In this document: positions 60,640 to 64,000 of the stretch, in pieces
Numbering within the stretch: position 1 is the stretch's first letter
Layout: the number at the start of each line of letters is the position of its first letter
Source of the DNA: Candidatus Latescibacterota bacterium
GTDB lineage: Bacteria; Latescibacterota; UBA2968; GCA-2709665
Length of the DNA stretch: 64,000 nucleotides
Direction: 5' to 3'
NCBI GenBank assembly: GCA_965205485.1
Contig: OZ242180.1
Coordinates: 2,336,001-2,400,000, forward strand
The notes under the pieces: model-generated
Database searches by the model: none
The model's input: only the letters and a program-made list of their open reading frames with translations
What the model was told of the DNA's origin: nothing
Made by a program: the position numbers and the translations under genes

Positions 60640-63171
60640 TTGATCCGATACTTCGCTAAATCGCTGGGCGCCCAGCTGCGCGCGGGAGGCAGCCTCTATT
60701 TTCTGACGGTATTCGGCGTAGCGCTTGGCGTTGCTTCGGTACTCTCCATTCAAATTGTGAATTTCAATGCGCTGGCCGCGTTCGAGGGGACGGTGCGGGC
60801 GGTAAGCGGGGAGGCGGACTTGAGCGTGCTGGGAAAGACGCCGGCGTTTTCGGAATATCTTTACTCCGATGCGCTGTCCGTGGAGGGTGTGGCGGCGGCC
60901 TGGCCGTTGTACCGCACGGACGTGGCGCTGGCGGGCCGGGAGAGGTTTTACCTCGAGGTTCTGGGGGTTGACTTTTTCACGCCTATGCGCATCCCTTGGC
61001 GGGACGACCCCGGGGATCTTCCGGCCGCGCTCGCTGGCGACGGCTGGAGCGCAGTAACGCCGGACCTGGCAAAGCGGTTCGGCTGGGCCGTGGGCGATAC
61101 GTTCGAGGTACACAGCGGGATTCGACGGGTGCGGCTGCGCGTGGGGGCGCTGGTGGACTTCCGGGCGCTGAGCCCGGTCGCCAGTCGGAAGCTGGTGGTT
61201 ATGGATATCGCGCAGGCGCAGGCGCTGCTGGGGCGGAAGGGCCAGCTTCATCAGATTGACGTGCGGGTGGCCAGGGGCGCGGACCCCGCCGCCGTCCGAA
61301 GACGATTGCAGGAAAGGCTTGGACCCGGGGTGCGCGTGGCAACGCCCGGCCAGCGGTCGGAGCAGGCCGAGGGTCTGCTTGCGGCATTCAGGCTGAATCT
61401 CTCGGCGATGAGCCTGATCAGCCTGTTCGTCGGGTTGTTTCTGGTTTACAGCAGCACCCAGGCGGGGTTGATACGGCGGCGGACGGAGTTGGGACTTCTG
61501 CGCTCGCTTGGCGCCACACGGGCGCAGGTCCTTGCGCTGATCCTGGGGGAGGTGGCGCTTCTGGGGGCGGTAGGCGTGCTGCTCGGGCTGCCGTTGGGGT
61601 ACTGGGCCGCCGAGGCGAACCTGGAGGTCGTGAGCGCGACGCTGACCAATCTCTACCTTCTGGAGGAAATCTCATCCCTTAAGCTGCCAGGGTGGTTGTA
61701 CGGACTGGGCGTGGCGATCGGGATGGGCGGCGCCGTGGCGGGCGCCCTGGCGCCGGCGCTGGACATGAGTCGGCGGGATACCCGCGTCCTCCTTTCGGCA
61801 GTTCCGCTTCAGGAACGGACAGGTCCGCTGGTATTGCGGCTTTTCTGCGCGGGCATGGGTATTCTTGCGGCGGCCGGAATCTGGTACCTCGCGTGGGGCA
61901 GGGAATGGAAACACGCCGGGTTCGTGCTTTGCGTGGCGCTCCTCATCGGACTGCCGTTATGCGCGCCCTTCGCGATCAGCCAGGTTTGCGGCCGGGTGCG
62001 CGTAAGGGGATTCGGGCCGGGTTACAGCCTGAGGGCGCTGGCCGTCCGCATCCGGACGACGTCGTTCGCGGTGGCGTCTCTGGCCATCGCCGTCAGCATG
62101 CTGGTCGGCATCACGCTGATGATCGGAAGCTTCCGCCGGACGATGGAAGTGTGGGTCAACGCGTCTGTTCGGGCGGATGTGTATATTTCGCCCTCTTCCT
62201 GGCGTGGGCGCGGAAACGAGGGTACACTGAATGATGAACTCGTGGCTTCGTTGGCTAGTTATCCGGGCGTGAAGATGGTGGACCGCCTCCGGGGATTCCC
62301 CGCCTGGTCCGGCGACCGTCAGATTGGACTGGCCGGGGTTGACATGGCGCTTCCCGGAGGCGAGGTACGTTTTCCGCTGCTCGACGGGAACGTGGATGAG
62401 GCGATCCGAAGGGTGCGGGAGGAGTCCGCGGTTCTTGTCGGAGAAACGCTTGCCCGTGGTGTTGATAAGTGGAAGGGCGACGAAATCGCGGTATCCGGGC
62501 CGGACGGGGAGGTCCGGTTTGACGTGGCGGGTGTGTACTACGACTACCACACGGGCGGCGGCGCGGTTGTCATGGACCTGAAAACACTTGAGACCATCTT
62601 CGGACCCGGGCCGGTCAACGGGGCGGCGCTCTTCCTCGAGCCAGGATGGGACGCGGACACGGTAATCGAGAATCTGAAAGCGCGGTATTCGGAAGCGCCA
62701 CTTCAGATTCGCAGCAATCGCCGGCTCAGAGACGAGGTGTTCCGGATCTTCGATCAGACGTTTCTGGTCACACGGATCCTGCAGGGGATGAGTCTGCTGA
62801 TTGCCGTATGCGGCATCATGCTGATGCTTCTCGTGCTCGTGCGGGAGCAAGCGGCCGAACTGGCGTTGTATCGCGCGGTTGGGGCGAAGCGCAGCCAGGT
62901 CTTCCTGGTGTTTCTGGGCCAGGGCATGGGTTTCGGACTGTTGGGATTGGCGCTCGGACTTCTAGGGGGCGTGCTGCTCGCGGGGGTGCTTGTCTTCGAG
63001 ATAAACAGGGCGTATTTCGGATGGACCATACAGGTCTATTGGCCCTGGGGACCCGTTCTCCAGCAGGTGGCCGCCATACTCGGCGCGGCCCTGCTGGCAA
63101 GTCTCTACCCCGCGGCGCGCGCGAGCCGTACTCCGGCTACCGAACTGGGCCGGGACGATCTGATGGCGTGA
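60640..63171 (+). CDS. Double FtsX/MacB-type ABC permease
   Basis: Two MacB periplasmic plus FtsX halves; RRRTELGLLRSLGA, LYRAVGA, INRAYFGW, YPA. Confidence 0.9.
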   Translation: MIRYFAKSLGAQLRAGGSLYFLTVFGVALGVASVLSIQIVNFNALAAFEGTVRAVSGEADLSVLGKTPAFSEYLYSDALSVEGVAAAWPLYRTDVALAGRERFYLEVLGVDFFTPMRIPWRDDPGDLPAALAGDGWSAVTPDLAKRFGWAVGDTFEVHSGIRRVRLRVGALVDFRALSPVASRKLVVMDIAQAQALLGRKGQLHQIDVRVARGADPAAVRRRLQERLGPGVRVATPGQRSEQAEGLLAAFRLNLSAMSLISLFVGLFLVYSSTQAGLIRRRTELGLLRSLGATRAQVLALILGEVALLGAVGVLLGLPLGYWAAEANLEVVSATLTNLYLLEEISSLKLPGWLYGLGVAIGMGGAVAGALAPALDMSRRDTRVLLSAVPLQERTGPLVLRLFCAGMGILAAAGIWYLAWGREWKHAGFVLCVALLIGLPLCAPFAISQVCGRVRVRGFGPGYSLRALAVRIRTTSFAVASLAIAVSMLVGITLMIGSFRRTMEVWVNASVRADVYISPSSWRGRGNEGTLNDELVASLASYPGVKMVDRLRGFPAWSGDRQIGLAGVDMALPGGEVRFPLLDGNVDEAIRRVREESAVLVGETLARGVDKWKGDEIAVSGPDGEVRFDVAGVYYDYHTGGGAVVMDLKTLETIFGPGPVNGAALFLEPGWDADTVIENLKARYSEAPLQIRSNRRLRDEVFRIFDQTFLVTRILQGMSLLIAVCGIMLMLLVLVREQAAELALYRAVGAKRSQVFLVFLGQGMGFGLLGLALGLLGGVLLAGVLVFEINRAYFGWTIQVYWPWGPVLQQVAAILGAALLASLYPAARASRTPATELGRDDLMA

Positions 63172-63272
63172 AGCCGGGCGGTGTGCCGCGAATTCTGTTT
63201 GCCAACGTCATCATGTGGCTGGATATTCCCGTTAGCACGACACAATCTTCGCCACTTTACAGGGGGTACCCA

Positions 63273-64000
63273 ATGAATCCTTTCCTGGTTCTGCAGACCG
63301 TACTGATCGCCCTGCTTGTGCTTGCGCTGGGGGCATTCGTGTGCTTCCTGTTCGTACCCGGTGCCGCATATTCCATATCTGCGGCTCTGAGTATTGACCA
63401 GAAAGCCGATGCGCTAAAGTTCCTGGGTATAGGCGCTGCCGGTGTCCTGGTTGCTCTGAACGCCCTGATGTTCTACAGACGCGCCAGGGCGATGGAGGAG
63501 GTCGCCAGAGCGCAGGCCGACGCCGCTTTTGAGCAGGCCAGGGCCACAGCGGAGCAGGCGCGCGCGCGCCGCGACGCCGAACTGGGACGGAGGCATCAAC
63601 GCCTGCATCACGGCGTCGAACACATGGGGCACGAGTCGGCTGCGGTTCGCCTGGGCGGCGCCTTTGAACTCTTCCACCTCGCGCAGGATACCGAATCTTT
63701 ACGACAGCCCGTGCTGGACATACTCTGCTCGCATATCCGCCGCACCACGGAACAGGACGCCTATCGGAGAAGGTACAGGTCGAGTCCTTCGGAGGAGGTC
63801 CAGAGCCTGCTTAACCTGTTGTTCACCTCCCCTCGCGGGATCTGTAGAGGGCTACGCATCGACCTGCAGGGATGCTGGTTGAACGGAGCGACACTCTGTG
63901 CCGCGTACCTGTGCGGCGCCAATCTTGCGGAGGCGAGGCTGCAGGGCGCGGACCTGGTCGGCGCGCAACTCCAGGGGGCGGACCTGTCATGGGCGCACCT
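63273..64000 (+). CDS. Membrane-anchored pentapeptide-repeat protein, 3'-truncated by window edge (frame also open from GTG 63168)
   Basis: Not in ORF track because it has no stop. Two TM helices, VRLGGAFEL..LAQD, ILCSHIR, then ANLAEARLQGADLVGAQLQGADLS repeats. Confidence 0.85.
   Translation, partial: MNPFLVLQTVLIALLVLALGAFVCFLFVPGAAYSISAALSIDQKADALKFLGIGAAGVLVALNALMFYRRARAMEEVARAQADAAFEQARATAEQARARRDAELGRRHQRLHHGVEHMGHESAAVRLGGAFELFHLAQDTESLRQPVLDILCSHIRRTTEQDAYRRRYRSSPSEEVQSLLNLLFTSPRGICRGLRIDLQGCWLNGATLCAAYLCGANLAEARLQGADLVGAQLQGADLSWAH

Noticed and set aside
1..64000. CRISPR array, rRNA, tRNA, prophage, integrase or transposase
   Set aside because: No regularly spaced repeats, RNA gene signatures or such ORFs were seen; the repeats in gene 1 are protein-coding blades.

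Overview
GC-rich (visually about 60-65%) Gram-negative bacterial chromosome segment. The gene content (GWxTD/TPR protein, paired EF-hand 'DxDGDGxVxFxDFxxFAxxFG' tails, heparinase/sialidase/CocE catabolic genes, a TonB receptor) suggests a Latescibacterota/Gemmatimonadota-like organism, possibly host-associated; this is inference only. About 45 CDSs: a minus-strand catabolic run (1.7-16.6 kb), housekeeping genes (msrB, RluA-family, sthA, csp, trmB, selD), a PTS-IIA/PII-like/double cation:proton antiporter module, BCCT and TonB transporters, and a compact NHLP-leader (proteusin-type) RiPP locus at 41.6-50.3 kb. That locus is the best candidate for an undescribed system. It has a three-gene C39/ABC/HlyD exporter, a precursor with a His/acid-rich core (AGAENCEWGHDHHDEYHVPLGGP) and a single uncharacterised, probably prenyltransferase-like maturase. 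A shared AT-rich box sits at the same position behind the exporter and precursor promoters, with a partial third copy before a putative sRNA. Other signals not in the ORF track: a Sec-encoding selD with in-frame TGA and SECIS hairpin, a 210-bp MITE with TAA target duplication, three apparent +1 frameshifts, decayed gene remnants around the GWxTD gene, and a 7-repeat propeller inserted inside a LamG domain. Protein assignments come from motif recognition only; no database searches were run.
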